NCBI GenBank assembly: GCA_902464295.1
Contig: CABQIW010000002.1
Location: 17,237-81,236 of the forward strand
From: an uncultured Eggerthella sp.
GTDB lineage: Bacteria > Actinomycetota > Coriobacteriia > Coriobacteriales > Eggerthellaceae
Direction: 5' to 3'
Length of the DNA stretch: 64,000 nt
Shown here: positions 39,030 to 48,022 of the stretch, one piece after another
How the letters are laid out: each line of letters begins with the position of its first letter
Numbering within the stretch: position 1 is the stretch's first letter
Notes under the pieces: generated by a model
Told to the model about the DNA's origin: nothing
Database searches by the model: none
The model's input: only the letters and a program-made list of their open reading frames with translations
Translations under genes and position numbers: made by a program

Positions 39030-39967
39030 TGGCGCGACACGCTTCTGATCTTGAATTACTACGGTTCGAGGAGAGTTTCGACGGTGAGATCCGCTTAGAT
39101 GAACCGCTTTCCAAGCATACGAGCTATCGCATCGGTGGTCCTGCGCGTGCCTATATCCTCGTGAATTCGCCAGCGGCTCTTTCGGCGGCGCTTGCTGCTT
39201 GCAAAGCTGATGAATGCCTCTGGGTCGTTGTGGGCAAGGGGAGCAATCTCCTTGTTTCCGACGCGGGCTTCAAGGGTGCGGTCATCGCGCTTGCCGGCGA
39301 GTTCAGGAACTGGAAATTCGACGAAGAGAATGCACGCGTGGTCGTGGGTGCCGGTACCACCTTGTCTCGCTTGGTCCAAGAGGTCTTCCATCGAGGATAC
39401 AGCGGCATGGAATTCGCGGTCGGAACCCCAGGGAGCGTGGGCGGCGCGGTGCGTATGAACGCGGGGACGAAAGACGATTGGATCGGTTCGCGTGTGGTAT
39501 CGGTTACCACGTTCGCACCTGATCAGGGCTTGAAGCGCTATGCGCCGAGCGATATCGAATGGGCTTATCGCTCCACATCGTTCGCGCCCGACGAGATCAT
39601 CGTCGAGGTCGAACTGCAACTCACCCCGGCGCTCTCAGGCAACATCCACGATAAGATGCGCACGCTCCTCGAGCGACGCAAGGCTTCGCAACCCCTCGAG
39701 TACCCTTCTTGCGGAAGCGTGTTCAAGAATCCTGAAGGTGCTTCAGCTGGTGCTCTTATCGATGAAGTGGGGCTTAAGGGGAGTATGTGTGGAGGCGCAC
39801 AAATCTCGGAAAAACATGCTAATTTTATTGTGAACAAGAACAAGGCTTGCGCATCTGACGTGCTTGCGCTCATCAAGCGCGCACAAGAAAAAGTGAAGGA
39901 ACACTATGGCATCGAACTTCAACCGGAGGTCAAATTCCTTGGGTTCGAAGAAGAATTCAAGAGCTGA
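39029..39967 (+). CDS. murB: UDP-N-acetylenolpyruvoylglucosamine reductase
   Basis: HTSYRIGGPA, GKGSNLLV.D, PGSVGGAVRMNAG, YRS, SCGSVFKNP, SEKHANFIVN, LQPEV. Confidence 0.96.
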   Translation: MARHASDLELLRFEESFDGEIRLDEPLSKHTSYRIGGPARAYILVNSPAALSAALAACKADECLWVVVGKGSNLLVSDAGFKGAVIALAGEFRNWKFDEENARVVVGAGTTLSRLVQEVFHRGYSGMEFAVGTPGSVGGAVRMNAGTKDDWIGSRVVSVTTFAPDQGLKRYAPSDIEWAYRSTSFAPDEIIVEVELQLTPALSGNIHDKMRTLLERRKASQPLEYPSCGSVFKNPEGASAGALIDEVGLKGSMCGGAQISEKHANFIVNKNKACASDVLALIKRAQEKVKEHYGIELQPEVKFLGFEEEFKS

Positions 39968-41135
39968 TAAGACCTCAGCCTTGCCTTCTTCGGTCAAGGG
40001 ACGTCCGAGCCAGGATCGTTCGGTGCGCATGCCTCAGAACAATCGTGCAAGCGCCAAGAAGCAAACTGCTGCTCGGCCTCCACAACGGCGCGTTTCGCAC
40101 AGTGCTTATCGCGATGCGAACGTATCACTTCCTTCGAATCGCGCGCGCAATACGCGTCCTGCTCCCGTTTCTTCGCACGCGAATTCGCGCCGCACATCGA
40201 GTTACGGGTCAAGCCTTCCTAATGTCGATAGCAGCTACCTTGCAGGTCAGGGTTCACGCTCGCAGAGGAGCAGCGGAGCGCGTCAGACGTATCGTAACGA
40301 GCCGTTGCGTTCAGTGAGCGTTTCTCAGGTGCGTTCGAATCGCCGTCAAACTCAGCAGAAGAAATCGCGCAAAGGGCTCATCATCGGCATCGTGGCGGTC
40401 ATTATCGTGGCGGTGCTTGCGGTGGGGCTCTTCATCTTGAGTCGCACGGACTTGTTCCCCGTGAACAAGATCACCGTTTCGGGCGTGCATCATCTTACCG
40501 ACCAGAAAACCGCACAGCTCGCAGCGGTTCCTGAGGGAACGACGTTACTCAATGTAGATACCGGTGGCATCGAAGGGCGTCTGGAATCGAACCCTTGGGT
40601 CTTGGATGCTTCTGTCGAGCGCCATTTTCCTGACACGCTCAACTTGAACATCACCGAGCGCGATATCGTGGCGGTGGTCGATGTGGTGATCGACGATAAC
40701 GACAATCAGCAAACCTGGGCGCTCGCTTCGGATGGTACGTGGCTCATGCAGATTCCCGATCGCAACAGCGAAGAGGGTCAGCAGCTCGCACCACAGGTCT
40801 ATGAGGATGCTGATGCGGCGCTGCATATCTCGAGCGTGCCGTACGGTGCGGTTCCTGAGGCTGGTTCGCAATGCAACAACCCCAACATCTCGAACGCCCT
40901 TGCTATCATCGATGGCATGTCGACGGAGCTTGCCGACCAGGTGAAGTCGGTCTCTGCAGCAAGTTCTGATTCGACCGCGCTCACCTTGAACAATGGGGTC
41001 GAGATCGCGTTCGGCGATTCATCGGACATTCGCGATAAAGAACGCGTCTGCCTGGAACTCATGCGTGAGCACCCCGGCAAGATCGCTTATATCAACGTGC
41101 GCACGGTGAATAAACCGATCTGGCGTGCAGTTTAG
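39906..41135 (+). CDS. ftsQ: Cell division protein FtsQ/DivIB (start uncertain)
   Basis: Long basic cytoplasmic N-terminus, single TM, POTRA-like segment (V.R.FPDTL.L.ITER); located between murB and ftsZ. Confidence 0.85.
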   Translation: MASNFNRRSNSLGSKKNSRADKTSALPSSVKGRPSQDRSVRMPQNNRASAKKQTAARPPQRRVSHSAYRDANVSLPSNRARNTRPAPVSSHANSRRTSSYGSSLPNVDSSYLAGQGSRSQRSSGARQTYRNEPLRSVSVSQVRSNRRQTQQKKSRKGLIIGIVAVIIVAVLAVGLFILSRTDLFPVNKITVSGVHHLTDQKTAQLAAVPEGTTLLNVDTGGIEGRLESNPWVLDASVERHFPDTLNLNITERDIVAVVDVVIDDNDNQQTWALASDGTWLMQIPDRNSEEGQQLAPQVYEDADAALHISSVPYGAVPEAGSQCNNPNISNALAIIDGMSTELADQVKSVSAASSDSTALTLNNGVEIAFGDSSDIRDKERVCLELMREHPGKIAYINVRTVNKPIWRAV

Positions 41136-41253
41136 TTACATTTGAGCAGTTTATTGTTTTCAATCAATCGGCTCTTGTGTACAATTAATCCAAGTATTCG
41201 CGGGTAGGCATTCCCGTAGGTATGATTTCTTAAATATTGAAAGCGGGCATGTT

Positions 41254-42390
41254 ATGCAACAAATATTAGGCGCTGATAATCTTGCAGTCATCAAGGTTGT
41301 AGGAGTTGGCGGCGGCGGCACGAACGCGGTAAACCGCATGGTTGAAGCGGGCGTGCGCGGTGTTGAATTCATCGCAGTGAACACCGATCGCCAGGCACTG
41401 CTTCTCTCTGATGCAGACAAGACCATCCACATCGGCGAAGAGCTTACGCGCGGTTTGGGTGCAGGTGCGAATCCTGAGATCGGTTGCCAGGCAGCAGAGG
41501 AGTCTCGCGCAGAGATCCGCGAAGCGCTCGCTGATGCCGACATGGTGTTCGTTACTGCTGGTGAAGGCGGCGGCACGGGCACGGGCGCTGCACCAGTCGT
41601 TGCCGAGATCGCCCGCGAAGAGATCGGCGCACTTACGGTAGGCATTGTCACGAAGCCTTTCAGCTTCGAAGGCCGTCTCCGTCGTAACCAGGCAGAGCAG
41701 GGCATCGACTTCCTTTCCATGAAGGTCGATACGCTCATCGTCATCCCGAACGATCGCTTGCTCGAGATCGTCGACAAGAAGACCAGCATGCTCGATGCGT
41801 TCCGTATTGCAGACGACACGCTGCGTCAGGGCATCCAGGGTGTCACCGACCTCATCACCATCCCGGGTCTCATCAACCTCGACTTCGCGGATATCCGCAC
41901 GGTCATGAAGGATGCCGGCACGGCTATGATGGGCATCGGCATCTCCTCGGGCGAATCGCGTGCGCTCGATGCGGCTCAGCAAGCTATCAATTCCAACTTG
42001 CTCGAAACCTCCATCGCAGGTGCTTCCCGCATCCTCTTTTCCATCGCGGGCGGCCCGAGTCTTGCGCTTTCCGAAGTGGACGAAGCAGCGCGCGTGGTCG
42101 AAGCAGTGGCCGACGAGAACGCGAACATCATCTACGGCCAGATCGTCGATCCGGAAATGCAGGAAGAAGTGCGCATCACGGTCATCGCAACCGGGTTCAA
42201 AGCGAACACTGCGCAATCTGCCATGGATTTCTCTCGCAAAGATAACGTATTCAACTCCACTACGCCGCGCAATGGCGCGCAGCAAAACCAGGCTCCTCAG
42301 CAAACGCAGAGCACTTATCAGCAGCTCTACTCCAACGAGCCACGTTTTGCCGACGAGGATTACATCCCCGATTTCCTGAAGCGCCAGTAA
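41254..42390 (+). CDS. ftsZ: Cell division GTPase FtsZ
   Basis: [32 protein letters not shown]-terminal IPDFLK. Confidence 0.99.
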   Translation: MQQILGADNLAVIKVVGVGGGGTNAVNRMVEAGVRGVEFIAVNTDRQALLLSDADKTIHIGEELTRGLGAGANPEIGCQAAEESRAEIREALADADMVFVTAGEGGGTGTGAAPVVAEIAREEIGALTVGIVTKPFSFEGRLRRNQAEQGIDFLSMKVDTLIVIPNDRLLEIVDKKTSMLDAFRIADDTLRQGIQGVTDLITIPGLINLDFADIRTVMKDAGTAMMGIGISSGESRALDAAQQAINSNLLETSIAGASRILFSIAGGPSLALSEVDEAARVVEAVADENANIIYGQIVDPEMQEEVRITVIATGFKANTAQSAMDFSRKDNVFNSTTPRNGAQQNQAPQQTQSTYQQLYSNEPRFADEDYIPDFLKRQ

Positions 42391-42438
42391 GCGCATAAGA
42401 GAGACGCACATATCGCGTCTCCGCCTGAAAGGTTTGAT

Positions 42439-43287
42439 ATGACAGCCCTCATCTTGCCACGACCAACGCTCGATGAGGGCTGTTTTGCGTCTGTGCCTGT
42501 TTTCACCGATGAAGCACTCTTCGAAGCGTGCGGCGTGCGCATCGCGTTCACTATGCGCGAAGGCGGCGTGAGCGAAGGGCCTTATGCTTCGCTCAATCTG
42601 GGTTCGCATGTACAAGACGATCTTGATAAGGTGCTTCAGAACCGTGCATTGCTCTTCTCTGCGCTAGCCTCTTCACTCGAAGTATCCGAAGAGGCACTTA
42701 TCGTTCCAAAGCAAGTGCATGGCGATACGGTGCTCACGGTTGAGGCGGCACGTGAGGTTGTCAGTGTGCAGCGGGCAGCGGCTGAAGGCGCCGATGGGAT
42801 CATCGTTTCCGCGCGTGAGGTGGGAGCGCTCTTGTGCTTTGCTGATTGCGTGCCGGTTATCATCGTGCTGCCTACGGGCCGTTTCGCGGTCGTGCATGCA
42901 GGTTGGCGCGGCGTTGAGAACGAGATCGCAGCGAAAGCGCTCGATCTCATGCTCGACCAAGAGTGCCAGGAGCACGGCTTTAGTCGAAGAGAACTCGCAG
43001 ACCAAACCAATGTCTATATCGGTCCTTATATCCATCGCGAATGCTTTGAAACGGGCGCAGATGTTCATGCCCTTTTCGTTGCCAAATTCGGCGAGGAGTG
43101 CCGTTTCGATGAGAAGCATATCGATCTGGGAGCTGCCTTGCGCGTTCAGCTCGTTGAGCGCGGCATTGACCCGGTGCGTATCTGCGATCTGGGCTGTTGC
43201 ACGGTATGTGAGAATGATCGTTTCTTCTCCTTCAGGGCGCAAGATGGTGTGTCGGGGCGCCACGGTGCGTTCGCGATCCGTCTCTAA
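42439..43287 (+). CDS. pgeF: Peptidoglycan editing factor PgeF / YfiH polyphenol-oxidase family
   Basis: R.GGVS.GPYASLNLG, QVHG, ADG, ADCVPV, HAGWRG, IGP.I...CFE, FFSFR. Confidence 0.93.
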   Translation: MTALILPRPTLDEGCFASVPVFTDEALFEACGVRIAFTMREGGVSEGPYASLNLGSHVQDDLDKVLQNRALLFSALASSLEVSEEALIVPKQVHGDTVLTVEAAREVVSVQRAAAEGADGIIVSAREVGALLCFADCVPVIIVLPTGRFAVVHAGWRGVENEIAAKALDLMLDQECQEHGFSRRELADQTNVYIGPYIHRECFETGADVHALFVAKFGEECRFDEKHIDLGAALRVQLVERGIDPVRICDLGCCTVCENDRFFSFRAQDGVSGRHGAFAIRL

Positions 43288-43380
43288 CATCGTTTACGGT
43301 TCAGCAGCATGCCCGCGCCCTTTTCCCAGGTGCGGTATAGTAGGATAAAGACGATACGCAACTTCGAAGGAGCATCCGGT

Positions 43381-44073
43381 ATGTCAATAAAAGAGCGGTA
43401 TGAGCGTGTGCGTGCTGAAGTGGACCAGGCCTGTGAAAAGGCAGGTCGCAACCCGCGTGAGGTATTGCTGCTCGCAGTTTCTAAGACCGTTGACCTCGAC
43501 CAGGTGCAGGAGGCTATCGAAGGTGGTGCGCATGCATTCGGCGAGAACCGCCCCGATGAACTTCTGCGCAAGCGCGCGGCGTTTCCCCAAGAGACGTGGC
43601 ATTTCATCGGTAATATCCAATCGCGCCGCATCCACGATATCGTTTCTGCTGCAGACCTTATCCATTCGGTGTGCAAAGCAGAGCATCTTCCCAAGATCGA
43701 TAAGGCAGCGGCAGAGATCGATAAGGTTCAACCGGTTTTGCTCGAAGTGAATGTTTCAGGCGAGGAATCTAAGAGCGGCTTTCGTCCTGATGAGGTGTAT
43801 GAGGTCATCGTGCAGGCGGCGAATCTTCCCCATGTGCGCATCCAAGGACTCATGACCATGGCGCCACGTGCCGATGAAGAGGCGATCGAGCTATCCTTCG
43901 GCGGGCTTGCGAAACTGCGCGATGAATTGCAGGCGCACCTTGATCAAGCAGGCGTTGATGTCACGCTGTCTGATATTTCTATGGGTATGACCGAAGACTG
44001 GCCTCAAGCAGTCGAGCGAGGCACTACTATAGTAAGGGTTGGACGAGCGATATTCGATCCCTCGTTCGAGTAG
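43381..44073 (+). CDS. yggS: PLP homeostasis protein YggS
   Basis: LAVSKT, FGEN, WHFIG.IQS, LLEVN.SGE.SK.G, GLMTM, SMGM..D, VRVGRAIF. Confidence 0.95.
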   Translation: MSIKERYERVRAEVDQACEKAGRNPREVLLLAVSKTVDLDQVQEAIEGGAHAFGENRPDELLRKRAAFPQETWHFIGNIQSRRIHDIVSAADLIHSVCKAEHLPKIDKAAAEIDKVQPVLLEVNVSGEESKSGFRPDEVYEVIVQAANLPHVRIQGLMTMAPRADEEAIELSFGGLAKLRDELQAHLDQAGVDVTLSDISMGMTEDWPQAVERGTTIVRVGRAIFDPSFE

Positions 44074-44130
44074 GACAGAGAGTCGTGTGCTTCAGTTGGT
44101 GGAGCGCAAGGCTTGTAAAGGAAAGGCTTT

Positions 44131-45042
44131 ATGGATTTTCCCAATCCTTCAAAATCTGCAGGAAGCTTCGTTGAAAGCATAAAGGACAAACTCAACTTCG
44201 GGTCGCGAAATGCCGAGAAGGACGATTACGCGCAAGAAGAGTACGATTACGAAGATTACGCGTACGACCCGAATTTCGACGATTATGGCGAATATGGCTA
44301 CGATGAATCGTATGCGGTCGACTCTTATGGCGATTCCTATTCCGATACGTACACCACGCGCGATCCTTATCGCACGCGCCCGGCACGCCTTGTCTCACTT
44401 GACGATATCAAGAGCACGACCTCGGCCTATGGGGTGATGACGCCTGAACAGCCGCGGAATTATAGCGTGCCTACCTCGTCGTCGGTCCCAGGATATCTCT
44501 CCAGTACGGCGGATTCTCGCTTTGGCACGCGTTCGAGCAGCCGCGTGAGCGTGAGCGCCGATCTCGATTCCGACCCAGCCGATACGATCGGTTTTGATCG
44601 ACCTGAAACGGCGTATCGCGATTTCGTTTCGCCGTATCAGCGTCAAGATGCTGCGAAGACTTCGGTGATGCCCTCTACGGGTTCGAGTGGCCTTGATGGC
44701 CTGTTCGCTTCGACCGATCCTTCCGCATCGAGTCCCGCTCCTGCCAATCGCGGCTCAAGTGTTGGCGGGCATTTCACCCGTAAGGTAGAGATCTTCGAGC
44801 CGAAGAACTTCGAAGAAGCGGTCAATATCGTCACCATGCTCAAAGAGGGGAGCGTGGTCATCTTGAACCTCAAGTATGTGAACGCGGGCCTCTCGAAGCG
44901 CATTCTCGATTTCGCATTCGGCGCGGTCGCAGCGCTCGATATGCAGATCACCTATGAAGCACCGCAGGTGTTCTCGATCATAAAGGATGGGAAGCTCACG
45001 CTCGTTGAGCGCGATCAACTGCGCCTCAAGAAGGTGCTCTAG
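44131..45042 (+). CDS. sepF: Cell division protein SepF with long disordered linker
   Basis: C-terminal FEP.NFEEA..I...LK.G..VILNL......KRILDFAFG; located between yggS and yggT. Confidence 0.88.
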   Translation: MDFPNPSKSAGSFVESIKDKLNFGSRNAEKDDYAQEEYDYEDYAYDPNFDDYGEYGYDESYAVDSYGDSYSDTYTTRDPYRTRPARLVSLDDIKSTTSAYGVMTPEQPRNYSVPTSSSVPGYLSSTADSRFGTRSSSRVSVSADLDSDPADTIGFDRPETAYRDFVSPYQRQDAAKTSVMPSTGSSGLDGLFASTDPSASSPAPANRGSSVGGHFTRKVEIFEPKNFEEAVNIVTMLKEGSVVILNLKYVNAGLSKRILDFAFGAVAALDMQITYEAPQVFSIIKDGKLTLVERDQLRLKKVL

Positions 45043-45111
45043 CGTTTTGCCGATCGGCCGCTTCGGTGAGAGGGTCGGGCTGGTCGTGGATAAGGAAGGA
45101 AAGGATACAAC

Positions 45112-45366
45112 GTGAGCTGGCAGTACATTCTCATTTCGCTTTCAGATGCCTACAGTTTCGTCATCGTCATCTATGTTCTGCTCTCGTGGTTCCCGATGGG
45201 CGGCATCATTGAGGAGATTCGCAACGCTCTTGGTAAGATCTGTGATCCTTTTTTGAATCTTTTTAAACGACTTATCCCTCCTATTGGTGGGATGGTGGAC
45301 ATTACCCCTATTATCGCGTTACTTGTGTTACAGTTCGGGGTGCGATTTATAGTATCATTGTTCTAA
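45112..45366 (+). CDS. yggT: YggT family membrane protein
   Basis: YVLLSWFP, ICDPFL..FKRLIPPIGGMVDITPI. Confidence 0.93.
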   Translation: MSWQYILISLSDAYSFVIVIYVLLSWFPMGGIIEEIRNALGKICDPFLNLFKRLIPPIGGMVDITPIIALLVLQFGVRFIVSLF

Positions 45367-45399
45367 AGCGCGCATATTTACCAGGCAAGAGAGGTTGTT

Positions 45400-46182
45400 A
45401 TGGCGATTACATCCGAGGATATTCAGCAGCAGAGTTTCAAGATCGAGCGTCGTGGATACGATGTCGATGAAGTAGACGTCTTCCTTGAGCACGTTTCCGA
45501 TGAGATCGATGCGCTCAACGATGAAATTGCCCACCTGCGTGCCCAGCTCGCTGAAGCGAAGAGCACGCCGGCTAGTTCGAACCAGCAGCAGCAAGCGGCT
45601 CCTTCTTTGGAGGATTCAGCTGCTCTTGCTGAGAAGGATGCACGCATCGCAGAGCTCGAAAGCCAGCTTGGCGAGCGCAAGAGCGAAGACAATGCCATCG
45701 CGCAGGCGCTCATCATCGCGCAGCGCACGGCCGATGAGATCGTTTCAAAGGCGAAGACCGATGGCGAGAACATCCGTCGTAATGCCGAAGAAGAAGGTCA
45801 GCGCATTCTCGATAAGGCTGATGGCGAAAAGCAGCGCATCATCGAGCAGATCAGCGAACTCACGGTCAGCCGCGAGAAGGTGCGCGAGCAGTATCAGGAG
45901 ATGCTCAAGGACTTCATTGCTGCATCTACGAAGCGCCTTTCCGAGATCGGTGGCGATAACACGTCCGATATCGTTATTCCTGAAGGCTTGATCGATGAAG
46001 ATGCAAAAGCTGAACCTGTTGCAAAGAAATGGTCTCCTTCTCCTTCAACCGCAACCTACACCACGCCTACGGTCAATCCTGCCGTTGCCAGCCCGGCACC
46101 TCCGAAGCCCTCGCAGTCTTCGAAGGATCTTTCCGGCTACGGCGACGCGGATGATTCCTTCACCTTCGACGAGATCGACTAA
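45400..46182 (+). CDS. divIVA: DivIVA domain protein
   Basis: IT.EDI....F....RGYD.DEVD.FL followed by coiled coil. Confidence 0.93.
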   Translation: MAITSEDIQQQSFKIERRGYDVDEVDVFLEHVSDEIDALNDEIAHLRAQLAEAKSTPASSNQQQQAAPSLEDSAALAEKDARIAELESQLGERKSEDNAIAQALIIAQRTADEIVSKAKTDGENIRRNAEEEGQRILDKADGEKQRIIEQISELTVSREKVREQYQEMLKDFIAASTKRLSEIGGDNTSDIVIPEGLIDEDAKAEPVAKKWSPSPSTATYTTPTVNPAVASPAPPKPSQSSKDLSGYGDADDSFTFDEID

Positions 46183-46188
46183 GGTCTC

Positions 46189-46482
46189 ATGGCTGGTCAA
46201 CCGTATAAACTTGCACTACGTCTCACGCCCCGCTCGGGGCGTGATGCTGTTTTGGGCATAAAATCCATCGAAGGTTTGGATGAAGTGCAGGCCTGCGTGA
46301 CCGCACCGCCCGATAACGGCAAGGCGAACAAAGCGCTCTGTAAGCTTGTCGCTTCTGAGTTGGGGATCGCGAAATCGAAAGTAGAGGTGGTGCAAGGGCA
46401 GACAAGCCGCCACAAGCGCCTTGCCATCGATGCCCCCGAACCTCTCATCACTGCTTGGCTTTCCAGCCTGCCTGCTCTCTAA
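46189..46482 (+). CDS. yggU: DUF167 (YggU/UPF0235) protein
   Basis: VTAPP.NGKAN.AL..L.A..LGI.KS.V.VV.G.TSR.K. Confidence 0.9.
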   Translation: MAGQPYKLALRLTPRSGRDAVLGIKSIEGLDEVQACVTAPPDNGKANKALCKLVASELGIAKSKVEVVQGQTSRHKRLAIDAPEPLITAWLSSLPAL

Positions 46483-46495
46483 TCTATAAGGTTAA

Positions 46496-46653
46496 AGATC
46501 GGCGAAGCCTGCGAGGTACAAAGTGACCCGTTTCCCTGTTCGCGAATCTGCATTTTGCAGATTCGCTCATGCGTCACTGCTTTTCTCGGGTTTTATTACT
46601 AACTAGAGTGTCGGAAAAGAGTCACTTTGCTACCTCACTGCCTTCGCCGATCT
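46496..46653. repeat. 158-bp fold-back element with ~40-bp imperfect terminal inverted repeats (MITE-like)
   Basis: AGATCGGCGAAG..GAGGTA CAAAGTGAC / GTCACTTTG.TACCTC..CTTCGCCGATCT; internal hairpin GCGAATCTGCA-ttt-TGCAGATTCGC. Confidence 0.7.
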
Positions 46654-46699
46654 GGCAATGAACGCTTGTGGGCTTGGCTGTCCTTGTAGAATAAAGAAA

Positions 46700-47192
46700 G
46701 GGGAGTGAGTCTATAAGCCGGGTTCTGTGATCGGCAACCATTTATCTCGACTTCCTGTTACCAAGAAGCTCTAGCACGCAACCCGAATGCACGGAAAGGC
46801 AACCGTATCGCACTCCTATTTGCGCTTGCTTCAGATGGGGTTTACCAAGCCATACTGTTACCAGTATGCTGGTGCGCTCTTACCGCACCGTTTCAGCTTT
46901 TCCACAGCCTGAGGCGCCTCAGCACATCATCTCAGCGTTCAGGATTCACTCACAGCGCAGCCAAGGCTGCTCGTTCATACTTCACGCAGATCTGAAGCGC
47001 TGAATGCGCCTCAGAATCAACCAACATCGCAGGGAAATACCTGCTGATGATGTCTTGAGACGCCTCAGACCAGGAGTTTTCTTTTCTGTGGCACTATCCG
47101 TCGGGTCACCCCGCCCAGCCGTTAGCTGGCATCTTGCCTTTTGAAGCCCGGACTTTCCTCACCGCATGCGGCGCGGTTGCCCGACTCACTCC
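46700..47192 (-). ncRNA. rnpB: RNase P RNA (type A) with extended P12
   Basis: Minus strand GAGGAAAGTCCGGGC, AGTGCCACAGAAA, CGGTAAGAGCGCACC, GGTAAACCCC, ACAGAACCCGGCTTAT; P1 GGAGTGAGTC/GACTCACTCC. Confidence 0.96.
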
Positions 47193-47198
47193 TATGGT

Positions 47199-47208
47199 AT
47201 TCTAGCAA
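47199..47208 (-). promoter_or_regulatory. Extended -10 promoter of rnpB
   Basis: Minus strand TGCTAGAAT ending 6 nt before the P1 5' strand. Confidence 0.55.
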
Positions 47209-47234
47209 ACATCACCAAAGCGCGAAGGAGCATC

Positions 47235-47927
47235 ATGCATTCTTGCTTGCTGGTAGGGGGCGCACCTACCGAACATAAAGGCCTCGATTTCGTTCTCGAG
47301 AACTTCGCCTTCGATGCGATCATCGCGGTCGATGCAGGATATGCAGCGCTTGTAGAGCGAGGGATCGCACCGCATCATGCCTTCGGCGATTTCGATTCGC
47401 TCGGGTTCGTTCCGCAAGAAGCGGAAGGCGGTGTGTGCGTTCACCCTTTCGATCCCCACAAAGACTTCACCGACATGGACCTTGCGCTCAACTTCGCGAT
47501 CGAGGGAGGATTCACGCATATCGTCATGTGCGACGGTCTCTATGCACGTCTCGATCATTCGCTCGCTAACCTGCAGTTGATGGCAGCTGCTGCGCGCAAA
47601 GGTCAGCGGGTGTGGGGCGTTACCGAAGAAGAAGTTGTCGTTGCGCTCGATGCAGAAGGTGAATTGAATCATCTTGAGATCGCAGCAGGTTCACAAGGAA
47701 TCTGTTCAGTGCTCGCTCATTCCGATAGCGTTTCAGGCGTGTATGAAACAGGTTTGGCATATGGTCTTGAAGATGCCCGGCTTACGAACTGCTTTCCGCT
47801 GGGCATCTCGAATGAGCTCACTGGTCAGGCTGCGCGTATTTCGCTGGACGCGGGAAGCACCTGGATCTTTCTTCCGCTACACGAGCTCAAGAGCATTTCA
47901 TACGCTGGAGAGTCCTTCATCAAGTAA
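47235..47927 (+). CDS. thiN: Thiamine pyrophosphokinase
   Basis: IAVDAG, GDFDSL, KDFTD.DLA, RLDH.LAN, GL.Y.L, GISNE; AAGGAG RBS. Confidence 0.92.
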   Translation: MHSCLLVGGAPTEHKGLDFVLENFAFDAIIAVDAGYAALVERGIAPHHAFGDFDSLGFVPQEAEGGVCVHPFDPHKDFTDMDLALNFAIEGGFTHIVMCDGLYARLDHSLANLQLMAAAARKGQRVWGVTEEEVVVALDAEGELNHLEIAAGSQGICSVLAHSDSVSGVYETGLAYGLEDARLTNCFPLGISNELTGQAARISLDAGSTWIFLPLHELKSISYAGESFIK

Positions 47928-48022
47928 GTGCGAACGAAAAGCTAAAGCAAGAAGCCACACCGCGTGAATGCAACGAGGCGTAGCATCGCAGTCTTGTTCG
48001 CACTGAGCACAGGGCGAAGAAG

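Noticed and set aside
41266..42615. 449-aa minus-strand ORF
   Set aside because: Antisense shadow of ftsZ and pgeF
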